64,000 bases of DNA, taken from the NCBI GenBank assembly GCA_964016885.1, contig OZ024740.1:295740001-295804000 (forward strand). The letters are read 5' to 3'. Under the pieces are notes generated by a model that was not told the DNA's origin, made no database searches, and saw only the letters and a list, made by a program, of their open reading frames with translations. Position numbers and translations under genes: made by a program. Origin of the DNA: Eledone cirrhosa (lineage: Eukaryota). Numbering within the stretch: the stretch's first letter is position 1; every line of letters begins with the position of its first letter. Positions 14,701-28,949 of this stretch are shown piece by piece.

Positions 14701-17700
14701 AGAGAGTGAGTGTACCTAAGAATATATTATATAGACAGTGAGTGTACCTAAGAATATATTATATAGACAGTGAGTGTACCTAAGAATATATTATATAGAC
14801 AGTGACTGTACCTAAGAATATATTATATAGAGAGTGAGTGTACCTAAGAATATATTATATAGACAGTGAGTGTACCTAAGAATATATTATATAGACAGTG
14901 AGTGTACCTAAGAATATATTATATAGACAGTAAGTGTACCTAACAATATATTATATAGACAGTGAGTGTACCTAAGAATATATTATATAGACAGTGAGTG
15001 TTCCTAAGAATATATTATATAGACAGTGAGTGTACTGAATATATATTATATAGACAATGAGTGTACCTAAGAATATATTATATAGACAGTGAGTGTACCT
15101 TACAATATATTATATAGAGAGTGAGTGTACCTAAGAATATATTATATAGACAGTAAGTGTACCTAACAATATATTATATAGACAGTGAGTGTACCTAAGA
15201 ATATATTATATAGAGAGTGATTGTACCTAAGAATATATTATATAGACAGTGAGTGTACCTAATAATATATTATATAGACAGTGATTGTATCTAAGAATAT
15301 ATTATATAGGCACTGACTGGACTTGAGAATATATTATATAGACAATAAGTGTACCTAAGAATATATTATATAGAGAGTGGGTGTACTGAGAATATATTAT
15401 ATAGACAGTGAATGTATCCAAGAATATATTATATAGATAGTGAGTGTACCTGAGAATATATTATATAGACAGTGAGTGTACCTAAGAATATATTATATAG
15501 ACAGTGAGTGTACCTAAGAATATATTATATACACAGTGAGTGTACCTAAGAATATATTATATAGAGAGTGAGTGTACCTAAGAATATATTATATAGACAG
15601 TGAGTGTACCTAAGAATATATTATATACACAGTAAGTGTACCTAAGAATATATTATATAGAGAGTGAGTGTACCTAAGAATATATTATATAGACAGTGAG
15701 TGTACCTAAGAATATATTATATAGACAGTAAGTGTACCTAAGAATATATTATATAGAGAGTGATTGTACCTAAGAATATATTATATAGACAGTGAGCGTA
15801 CCTAATAGTAGATTATATAGACAGTGATCGTACCTAAGAATATATTATATAGGCACTGACTGGACCTGAGAATATATTATATAGACAATAAGTGTACCTA
15901 AGAATATATTATATAGAGAGTGAGTGTACTGAGAATATATTATATAGACAGTGAATGTATCCAAGAATATATTATATAGACAGTGAGTGTACCTGAGAAT
16001 ATATTATATAGACAGTGAGTGTACCTCAGAATATATTATATAGATAGTGAGTGTATCCAAGAATATATTATATAGACAGTGAGTGTACCTGAGAATATAT
16101 TATATAGACAGTGAGTGTACTGAAAATATATTATATAGACAATGAGTGTACCTAAGAATATATTATATAGACAGTGAGTGTACCTAAGAATATATTATAT
16201 AGACAGTGAGTGTACCAAAGAATATATTATATAGATAGTGAGTGTACCTAGGCATATATTATATAGACAGTGAGTGTACCTAAGCATATATTATATAGAC
16301 AGTGAGTGTACCTAAGAATATAATATATAGACAGTGAGTGTAAATAAGAATATATTATATAGACAGTGAGTGTACCCGAGAATATATTATATAGAGAGTG
16401 ATTGTACCTAAGAATATATTATATAGACAGTGAGTGTACCTAAGAATATATTATTTAGAAAGTGAGTGTACCAAACAATATATTATATAGACAGTGAGTG
16501 TACCTAAGAATATATTATATAGACAGTGAGTGTACCTAAGAATATATTATATAGAGAGTGAGTGTACCTAAGAATATATGATATAGATAGTGAGTGTATC
16601 CAAGAATATATTATATAGACAGTGAGTGTACCTGAGAATATATTATATAGTCAGTGAGTGTACCTAAGAATATATTATATAGACAGTGAATGTATCCAAG
16701 AATATATTATATAGATAGTGAGTGTATCTGAGAACATATTATATAGACAGTGAGTGTACATAAGAATATATTATATAGACTGTGAGTGTACCTAAGAATA
16801 TATTATATAGATAGTGAGTGTATCTAAGAATATATTATATAGATAGTGAGTGTATCTAAGAATATATCATATAGACAGTGAGTGTACCTAATAATATATT
16901 ATATAGACAGTGATTGTATCTAAGAATATATTATATAGGCACTGACTGGACTTGAGAATATATTATATAGACAGTGAGTGTACCTAGGAATATATTATAT
17001 AGACAGTGAGTGTACCTAAGCATATATTATATAGACAGTGAGTGTACCTAAGAATATATTATATAGACAGTGAGTGTACCTAAGAATATATTATATAGAC
17101 AGTGAGTGTACCTAAGAATATATTATATACACAGTGAGTGTACCTAAGAATATATTATATAGAGAGTGAGTGTATCTAAGAATATATTATATAGACAGTG
17201 AGTGTACCTAAGAATATATTATATAGACAGTAAGTGTACCTAAGAATATATTATATAGAGAGTGATTGTACCTAAGAATATATTATATAGACAGTGAGTG
17301 TACCTAATAATATATTATATAGACAGTGATTGTACATAAGAATATATTATATAGGCACTGACTGGACCTGAGAATATATTATATAGACAATAAGTGTACC
17401 TAAGAATATATTATATAGAGAGTGAGTGTACTGAGAATATATTATATAGACAGTGAATGTATCCAAGAATATATTATATAGACAGTGAGTGTACCTGAGA
17501 ATATATTATATAGACAGTGAGTGTACCTAAGAATATATTATATAGATAGTGAGTGTATCCAAGAATATATTATATAGACAGTGAGTGTACCTGAGAATAT
17601 ATTATATAGACAGTGAGTGTACTGAATATATATTATATAGACAATGAGTGTAACTAAGAATATATTATATAGACAGTGAGTGTACCTAAGAATATATTAT

Positions 17701-20430
17701 ATAGACAGTGAGTGTACCAAAGAATATATTATATAGATAGTGAGTGTACCTAAGAATATATTATATAGACAGTGAGTGTACCTAAGAATATGTTATATAG
17801 ACAGTGAGTGTTCCTAAGAATATATTATATAGACAGTGAGTGTACTGAATATATATTATATACACAGTGAGTGTACCTAAGAATATATTATATAGACAGT
17901 GAGTGTACCTAAGAATATATTATATAGACAGTGAGTGTACCTAGGAATATATTATATAGACAGTGAGTGTACCTAAGCATATATTATATAGACAGTGAGT
18001 GTACCTAAGAATATATTATATAGACAGTGAGGGTAACTAAGAATATATTATATAGAAAGTGAGTGTACCAAACAATATATTATATAGACAGTGACTGTAC
18101 CTAAGAATATATTATATAGAGAGTGAGTGTACCTAAGAATATATTATATAGACAGTGAGTGTACCTAAGAATATATTATATAGACAGTGAGTGTACCTAA
18201 GAATATATTATATAGACAGTGACTGTACCTAAGAATATATTATATAGAGAGTGAGTGTACCTAAGAATATATTATATAGACAGTGAGTGTACCTAAGAAT
18301 ATATTACATAGACAGTGAGTGTACCTAAGAATATATTATATAGACAGTAAGTGTACCTAACAATATATTATATAGACAGTGAGTGTACCTAAGAATATAT
18401 TATATAGACAGTGAGTGTTCCTAAGAATATATTATATAGACAGTGAGTGTACTGAATATATATTATATAGACAATGAGTGTACCTAAGAATATATTATAT
18501 AGACAGTGAGTGTACCTAACAATATATTATATAGAGAGTGAGTGTACCTAAGAATATATTATATAGACAGTAAGTGTACCTAACAATATATTATATAGAC
18601 AGTGAGTGTACCTAAGAATATATTATATAGAGAGTGATTGTACCTAAGAATATATTATATAGACAGTGAGTGTACCTAATAATATATTATATAGACAGTG
18701 ATTGTATCTAAGAATATATTATATAGGCACTGACTGGACTTGAGAATATATTATATAGACAATAAGTGTACCTAAGAATATATTATATAGAGAGTGGGTG
18801 TACTGAGAATATATTATATAGACAGTGAATGTATCCAAGAATATATTATATAGATAGTGAGTGTACCTGAGAATATATTATATAGACAGTGAGTGTACCT
18901 AAGAATATATTATATAGAGAGTGAGTGTACCTAAGAATATATTATATAGACAGTGAGTGTACCTAAGAATATATTATATAGACAGTGACTGTACCTAAGA
19001 ATATATTATATAGAGAGTGAGTGTACCTAAGAATATATTATATAGACAGTGAGTGTACCTAAGAATATATTATATACACAGTGAGTGTACCTAAGAATAT
19101 ATTATATAGAGAGTGAGTGTACCTAAGAATATATTATATAGACAGTGAGTGTACCTAAGAATATATTATATACACAGTAAGTGTACCTAAGAATATATTA
19201 TATAGAGAGTGAGTGTACCTAAGAATATATTATATAGACAGTGAGTGTACCTAAGAATATATTATATAGACAGTAAGTGTACCTAAGAATATATTATATA
19301 GAGAGTGATTGTACCTAAGAATATATTATATAGACAGTGAGCGTACCTAATAGTAGATTATATAGACAGTGATCGTACCTAAGAATATATTATATAGGCA
19401 CTGACTGGACCTGAGAATATATTATATAGACAATAAGTGTACCTAAGAATATATTATATAGAGAGTGAGTGTACTGAGAATATATTATATAGACAGTGAA
19501 TGTATCCAAGAATATATTATATAGACAGTGAGTGTACCTGAGAATATATTATATAGACAGTGAGTGTACCTCAGAATATATTATATAGATAGTGAGTGTA
19601 TCCAAGAATATATTATATAGACAGTGAGTGTACCTGAGAATATATTATATAGACAGTGAGTGTACTGAATATATATTATATAGACAATGAGTGTACCTAA
19701 GAATATATTATATAGACAGTGAGTGTACCTAAGAATATATTATATAGACAGTGAGTGTACCAAAGAATATATTATATAGATAGTGAGTGTACCTAGGCAT
19801 ATATTATATAGACAGTGAGTGTACCTAAGCATATATTATATAGACAGTGAGTGTACCTAAGAATATAATATATAGACAGTGAGTGTAAATAAGAATATAT
19901 TATATAGACAGTGAGTGTACCCGAGAATATATTATATAGAGAGTGATTGTACCTAAGAATATATTATATAGACAGTGAGTGTACCTAAGAATATATTATT
20001 TAGAAAGTGAGTGTACCAAACAATATATTATATAGACAGTGAGTGTACCTAAGAATATATTATATAGACAGTGAGTGTACCTAAGAATATATTATATAGA
20101 GAGTGAGTGTACCTAAGAATATATGATATAGATAGTGAGTGTATCCAAGAATATATTATATAGACAGTGAGTGTACCTGAGAATATATTATATAGTCAGT
20201 GAGTGTACCTAAGAATATATTATATAGACAGTGAATGTATCCAAGAATATATTATATAGATAGTGAGTGTATCTGAGAATATATTATATAGACAGTGAGT
20301 GTACATAAGAATATATTATATAGACTGTGAGTGTACCTAAGAATATATTATATAGATAGTGAGTGTATCTAAGAATATATTATATAGATAGTGAGTGTAT
20401 CTAAGAATATATCATATAGACAGTGAGTGT
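8735..20430. repeat. Higher-order duplication domain, period ~3.4-3.55 kb (~107-111 monomers), roughly 3 imperfect copies
   Basis: Offset 3544: TATCCACG 8741/12285, TAAAGAC 9301/12845, GGTAACT 11071/14615, GTACCTTACA 11551/15095. Offset 3417: GGTAACT 14615/18032, GGCACT 13521/16938 and 15309/18726. Offset 3545: GCGTACCTAATAGTAG 15796/19341. Confidence 0.9.
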
Positions 20431-20629
20431 ACCTAAGTATATATTATATATACAGTGATTGTACCTAACAATATATTATATAGACAGTGAGTGTACCTAA
20501 GAATATATTATATAGACAGTGAGTGTACCTAGGAATATATTATATAGACAGTGAGTGTACCTAAGCATATATTATATAGACAGTGAGTGTAGCAAAGAAT
20601 ATATTATATAGACAGTGAGTGTACCTAAG

Positions 20630-23600
20630 AATATATTATATAGACAGTGAGTGTACCTAAGAATATATTATATACACAGTGAGTGTACCTAAGAATATAT
20701 TATATAGAGAGTGAGTGTACCTAAGAATATATTATATAGACAGTGAGTGTACCTAAGAATATATTATATAGACAGTAAGTGTACCTAAGAATATATTATA
20801 TAGAGAGTGATTGTACCTAAGAATATATTATATAGACAGTGAGTGTACCTAATAATATATTATATAGACAGTGATTGTACCTAAGAATATATTATATAGG
20901 CACTGACTGGACCTGAGAATATATTATATAGACAATAAGTGTACCTAAGAATATATTATATAGAGAGTGAGTGTACTGAGAATATATTATATAGACAGTG
21001 AATGTATCCAAGAATATATTATATAGACAGTGAGTGTACCTGAGAATATATTATATAGACAGTGAGTGTACCTAAGAATATATTATATAGATAGTGAGTG
21101 TATCCAATAATATATTATATAGACAGTGAGTGTACCTGAGAATATATTATATAGACAGTGAGTGTACTGAATATATATTATATAGACAGTGAGTGTACCT
21201 AAGAATATATTACATAGAGAGTGAGTGTACCTAAGAATATATTATATAGACAGTGAGTGTACCTAAGAATATATTATATAGACAGTGACTGTACCTGAGA
21301 ATATATTATATAGACAGTGAGTGTACATAAGAATATATTATATAGACAGTGAGTGTACCTAAGAATATATTATATAGATAGTGAGTGCATCTAAGAATAT
21401 ATTATATAGATAGTGAGTGTATCTAAGAATATATTATATAGACAGTGACTGTACCTAAGAATATATTATATAGACAATGATTGTACCTAAGAATATATTA
21501 TATAGACAGTGAGTGTACCTAAGAATATATTATATAGACAGTGACTGTACCTAGGAATATATTATATAGACAGTGAGTGTACCTAAGCATATATTATATA
21601 GACAGTGAGTGTACCTAAGAATATAATATATAGACAGTGAGTGTAACTAAGAATATATTATATAGACAGTGAGTGTACCCGAGAATATATTATATAGACA
21701 GTGATTGTACCTAAGAATATATTATATAGACAGTGAGTGTACCTAAGAATATATTATTTAGAAAGTGAGTGTACCAAACAATATATTATATAGACAGTGA
21801 GTGTACCTAAGAATATATTATATAGTGAGTGAGTGTACCTAAGAATATATGATATAGATTGAGTGTATCCAAGAATATATTATATAGACAGTGAGTGTAC
21901 CTGAGAATATATTATATAGTCAGTGAGTGTACCTAAGAATATATTATATAGACAGTGAATGTATCCAAGAATATATTATATAGATAGTGAGTGTATCTGA
22001 GAATATATTATATAGACAGTGAGTGTACATAAGAATATATTATATAGACAGTGAGTGTACCTAAGAATATACTATATAGATAGTGAGTGTACCTAAGAAT
22101 ATATTATATAGAGAGTGAGTGTACGCGAGAATATATTATATAGACAGTGAGTGTACCTAAGAATATATTATATAGACAGTGATTGTACCTAAGAATATAT
22201 TATATAGACAGTGAGTGTACCTAAGCATACCTTATATAGACAGTGAGTGTACTGAGAATATATTATATAGACAGTGAGTGTACCTAAGAATATATTATAT
22301 AGAGAGTGAGTGTACGCGAGAATATATTATATAGACAGTGAGTGTAACTAAGAATATATTATATAGACAGTGAGTGTACCTGAGAATATATTATATAGAC
22401 AGTGAGTGTACATAAGAATATATTATATAGACAGTGAGTGTACCAAAGAATATATTATATAGATAGTGAGTGTATCTAAGAATATATTATAGAGATAGTG
22501 AGTGTATCTAAGAATATATTATATAGACAGTGAGTGTACCTAAGAATATATTATATACACAGTGAGTGTACCTAAGAATATATTATATAGAGAGTGAGTG
22601 TACCTAAGAATATATTATATAGACAGTGAGTGTACCTAAGAATATATTATATAGACAGTAAGTGTACCTAAGAATATATTATATAGAGAGTGATTGTACC
22701 TAAGAATATATTATATAGACAGTGAGTGTACCTAATAATATATTATATAGACAGTGATTGTACCTAAGAATATATTATATAGGCACTGACTGGACCTGAG
22801 AATATATTATATAGACAATAAGTGTACCTAAGAATATATTATATAGAGAGTGAGTGTACTGAGAATATATTATATAGACAGTGAATGTATCCAAGAATAT
22901 ATTATATAGACAGTGAGTGTACCTGAGAATATATTATATAGACAGTGAGTGTACCTAAGAATATATTATATAGATAGTGAGTGTATCCAAGAATATATTA
23001 TATAGACAGTGAGTGTACCTGAGAATATATTATATAGACAGTGAGTGTACTGAATATATATTATATAGACAGTGAGTGTACCTAAGAATATATTACATAG
23101 AGAGTGAGTGTACCTAAGAATATATTATATAGACAGTGAGTGTACCTAAGAATATATTATATAGACAGTGACTGTACCTGAGAATATATTATATAGACAG
23201 TGAGTGTACATAAGAATATATTATATAGACAGTGAGTGTACCTAAGAATATATTATATAGATAGTGAGTGCATCTAAGAATATATTATATAGATAGTGAG
23301 TGTATCTAAGAATATATTATATAGACAGTGAGTGTACCTAAGAATATATTATATAGACAATGATTGTACCTAAGAATATATTATATAGACAGTGAGTGTA
23401 CCTAAGAATATATTATATAGACAGTGACTGTACCTAGGAATATATTATATAGACAGTGAGTGTACCTAAGCATATATTATATAGACAGTGAGTGTACCTA
23501 AGAATATAATATATAGACAGTGAGTGTAACTAAGAATATATTATATAGACAGTGAGTGTACCCGAGAATATATTATATAGACAGTGATTGTACCTAAGAA

Positions 23601-24440
23601 TATATTATATAGACAGTGAGTGTACCTAAGAATATATTATTTAGAAAGTGAGTGTACCAAACAATATATTATATAGACAGTGAGTGTACCTAAGAATATA
23701 TTATATAGTGAGTGAGTGTACCTAAGAATATATGATATAGATTGAGTGTATCCAAGAATATATTATATAGACAGTGAGTGTACCTGAGAATATATTATAT
23801 AGTCAGTGAGTGTACCTAAGAATATATTATATAGACAGTGAATGTATCCAAGAATATATTATATAGATAGTGAGTGTATCTGAGAATATATTATATAGAC
23901 AGTGAGTGTACATAAGAATATATTATATAGACAGTGAGTGTACCTAAGAATATACTATATAGATAGTGAGTGTACCTAAGAATATATTATATAGAGAGTG
24001 AGTGTACGCGAGAATATATTATATAGACAGTGAGTGTACCTAAGAATATATTATATAGACAGTGATTGTACCTAAGAATATATTATATAGACAGTGAGTG
24101 TACCTAAGCATACCTTATATAGACAGTGAGTGTACTGAGAATATATTATATAGACAGTGAGTGTACCTAAGAATATATTATATAGAGAGTGAGTGTACGC
24201 GAGAATATATTATATAGACAGTGAGTGTAACTAAGAATATATTATATAGACAGTGAGTGTACCTGAGAATATATTATATAGACAGTGAGTGTACATAAGA
24301 ATATATTATATAGACAGTGAGTGTACCAAAGAATATATTATATAGATAGTGAGTGTATCTAAGAATATATTATAGAGATAGTGAGTGTATCTAAGAATAT
24401 ATTATATAGACAGTGAGTGTACCTAAGAATATATTATATA
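20630..24440. repeat. Near-perfect tandem duplication, 1883-bp unit (59 monomers) x2
   Basis: Offset 1883 for TATACAC 20671/22554, GGCACT 20899/22782, GCATCT 21387/23270, GCATACCTT 22225/24108 and AGAGATAG 22491/24374. Confidence 0.92.
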
Positions 24441-27400
24441 GACAGTGATTGTACCTAAGAATATATTATATAGACAGTGAGTGTACCTAAGAATATAATA
24501 TATAGACAGTGAATGTAACTAAGAATATATTATATAGACAGTGAGTGTACACGAGAATATATTATATAGACAGTGATTGTAACTAAGAATATATTATATA
24601 GACAGTGAGTGTACCTAACAATATATTATATAGACAGTGAGTGTACCTAAGAATATATTATTTAGAAAGTGAGTGTACTGAGAATATATTATATAGACAG
24701 TGAGTGTACTGAGAATATATTATATAGACAGTGAGTGTACCTAAGAATATATTATATAGAGAGTGAGTGTACGCGAGAATATATTATATAGACAGTGAGT
24801 GTACCTAAGAATATATTATATAGAGAGTGAGTGTACTGAGAATATATTATATAGACAGTGAGTGTACTGAGAATATATTATATAGACAGTGAGTGTACCT
24901 AAGAATATATTATATAGAGAGTGAGTGTACGCGAGAATATATTATATAGACAGTGAGTGTACCTAAGAATATATTATATAGACAGTGAGTGTAACTAAGA
25001 ATATATTATATAGACAGTGAGTGTTCCTAAGAATATATTATATAGACAGTGAGTGTACTGAATATATATTATATAGACAATGAGTGTACCTAAGAATATA
25101 TTATATAGACAGTGAGTGTACCTAACAATATATTATATAGAGAGTGAGTGTACCTAAGAATATATTATATAGACAGTAAGTGTACCTAACAATATATTAT
25201 ATAGACAGTGAGTGTACCTAAGAATATATTATATAGAGAGTGATTGTACCTAAGAATATATTATATAGACAGTGAGTGTACCTAATAATATATTATATAG
25301 ACAGTGATTGTATCTAAGAATATATTATATAGGCACTGACTGGACTTGAGAATATATTATATAGACAATAAGTGTACCTAAGAATATATTATATAGATAG
25401 TGAGTGTATCTAAGAATATATTATATAGACAGTGAGTGTACCTAAGAATATATTATATAGACAGTGATTGTACCTAAGAATATATTATATAGACAGTGAG
25501 TGCACCCGAGAATATATTATATAGACAGTGATTGTACCTAAGAATATATTATATAGACAGTGAGTGTACCTAAGAATATATTATTTAGAAAGTGAGTGTA
25601 CCAAACAATATATTATATAGACAGTGAGTGTACCTAAGAATATATTATATAGACAGTGAGTGTACCTAAGAATATATTATATAGAGAGTGAGTGTACCTA
25701 CGAATATATGATATAGATAGTGAGTGTATCCAAGAATATATTATATAGACAGTGAGTGTACCTGAGAATATATTATGTAGTCAGTGAGTGTACCTAAGAA
25801 TATGTTATATAGACAGTGAATGTATCCAAGAATATATTATGTAGATAGTGAGTGTATCTGAGAATATATTATATAGACAGTGAGTGTACATAAGAATATA
25901 TTATATAGACAGTGAGTTGACCTAAGAATATATTATATAGACAGTGATTGTACCTAAGAATATATTATATAGACAGTGAGTGTATCTATGAATATATTAT
26001 ATAGACAGTTAGTGTACCTAGGAATATATTATATAGACAGTGAGTGTACCTAAGCATACATTATATAGACAGTGAGTGTACTGAGAATATATTATATAGA
26101 CAGTGAGTATACCTAAGAATATATTATATAGAGAGTGAGTGTACCTAAGAATATATTATATAGACAGTGAGTGTACCTAAGAATATATTATATAGTGAGT
26201 GAGTGTACCTAAGAATATATGATATAGATAGTGAGTGTATCCAAGAATATATTATATAGAGAGTGAGTGTACCTGAGAATATATTATATAGTCAGTGAGT
26301 GTACCTAAGAATATATTATATAGACAGTGAATGTATCCAAGAATATATTATATAGACAGTGAGTGTACCTGAGAATATATTATATAGACAGTGAGTGTAC
26401 CTAAGAATATATTATATAGATAGTGAGTGTATCCAAGAATATATTATATAGACAGTGAGTGTACCTGAGAATATATTATATTGTCAGTGAGTGTACCTAA
26501 GAATATATTATATAGACAGTGAATGTATACAAGAATATATTATATAGATAGTGAGTGTATCTGAGAATATATTATATAGACAGTGAGTGTACATAAGAAT
26601 ATATTATATAGACAGTGAGTGTACCTAAGAATATATTAGATAGATAGTGAGTGTATCTAAGAATATATTATATAGATAGTGAGTGTATCTAAGAATATAT
26701 TATATAGACAGTGAGTGTACCTAAGTATATATTATATATACAGTGAGTGTACCTAAGAAAATATTATATAGACAGTGAGTGTACCTAAGAATATATTATA
26801 TAGGCACTGACTGGACCTGAGAATATATTATATAGACAATAAGTGTACCTAAGTATATATTATATAGAGAGTGAGTGTACTGAGAATATATTATATAGAC
26901 AATGAGTGTACCTAAGAATATATTATATAGAGAGTGAGTGTACGCGAGAATATATTATATAGACAGTGAGTGTACCTAAGAATATATTATATAGACAGTG
27001 AGTGTACCTAAGAATATATTATATAGACAGTGTGTGTACCTAAGAATATATTATATAGACAGTGAGTGTACCTAAGAATATATTATATAGATAGTGAGTG
27101 TACCTAAGAATATATTATATAGACAGTGAGTGTACCTAAGAATATATTATATAGATAGTGAGTGTACTGAAAATATATTATATAGACAGTGAGTGTACCT
27201 AAGAATATATTATATAGACAGTGAGTGTACCTGAGAATATATTTTATAGAGAGTGAGTGTTCCTAAGAATATATTATATAGACAGCAAGTGTACTGAATA
27301 TATATTATATAGACAATGAGTGTACCTAAGAATATGTTATATAGACAGTGAGTGTACCTAAGAATATATTATATAGACAGTGAGTGTACCTAAGAATATA

Positions 27401-28949
27401 TTATATAGATAGTGAGTGTATCCAAGAATATATTATATAGACAGTGAGTGTACCTGAGAATATATTATATAGACAGTGAGTGTACCTAGCAATATATTAT
27501 ATAGACAGTGAGTGTAACTAAGAATATATTATATAGAGAGTGATTGTACCTAAGAATATATTATATAGACAGTGAGTGTACCTAATAATATATTATATAG
27601 ACAGTGATTGTACCTAAGAATATATTATATAGGCACTGACTGGACCTGAGAATATATTATATAGACAATAAGTGTACCTAAGAATATATTATACAGAGAG
27701 TGAGTGTACTGAGAATACATTATATAGACAGTGAATGTATCCAAGAATATATTATATAGACAGTGAGTGTACCTAAGAATATATTATATAGATAGTGAGT
27801 GTATCCAAGAATATATTATATAGACAGTGAGTGTACCTGAGAATATATTATATTGTCAGTGAGTGTACCTAAGAATGTATTATATAGACAGTGAATGTAT
27901 ACAAGAATATATTATATAGATAGTGAGTGTATCTGAGAATATATTATATAGACAGTGAGTGTACATAAGAATATATTATATAGACAGTGAGTGTACCTAA
28001 GAATATATTAGATAGATAGTGAGTGTATCTAAGAATATATTATATAGATAGTGAGTGTATCTAAGAATATATTATATAGACAGTGAGTGTACCTAAGTAT
28101 ATATTATATATACAGTGAGTGTACCTAAGAATATATTATATAGACAGTGAGTGTACCTAAGAATATATTATATAGGCACTGACTGGACCTGAGAATATAT
28201 TATATAGACAATAAGTGTACCTAAGTATATATTATATAGAGAGTGAGTGTACTGAGAATATATTATATAGACAATGAGTGTACCTAAGAATATATTATAT
28301 AGAGAGTGAGTGTACGCGAGAATATATTATATAGAAAGTGAGTGTACCTAAGAATATATTATATAGACAGTGAGTGTACCTAAGAATATATTATATAGAC
28401 AGTGTGTGTACCTAAGAATATATTATATAGACAGTGAGTGTACCTAAGAATATATTATATAGACAGTGAGTGTACCTAAGAATATATTATATAGACAGTG
28501 AGTGTACCTAAGAATATAATATATAGACAGTGAGTGTAACTAAGAATATATTATATAGACAGTGAGTGTACACGAGAATATATTATATAGACAGTGATTG
28601 TAACTAAGAATATATTATATAGACAGTGAGTGTAACTAACAATATATTATATAGACAGTGAGTGTACATAAGAATATATTATATAGACAGTGAGTGTACC
28701 TAAGAATATATTATATAGACAGTGATTGTACCTAAGAATATATAATATAGACAGTGAGTGTATCTATGAATATATTATATAAACAGTTAGTGTACCTAGG
28801 AATATATTATATAGACAGTGAGTGTACCTAAGCATACATTATATAGACAGTGAGTGTACTGAGAATATATTATATAGACAGTGAGTATACCTAAGAATAT
28901 ATTATATAGAGAGTGAGTGTACGCGAGAATATATTATATAGACAGTGAG

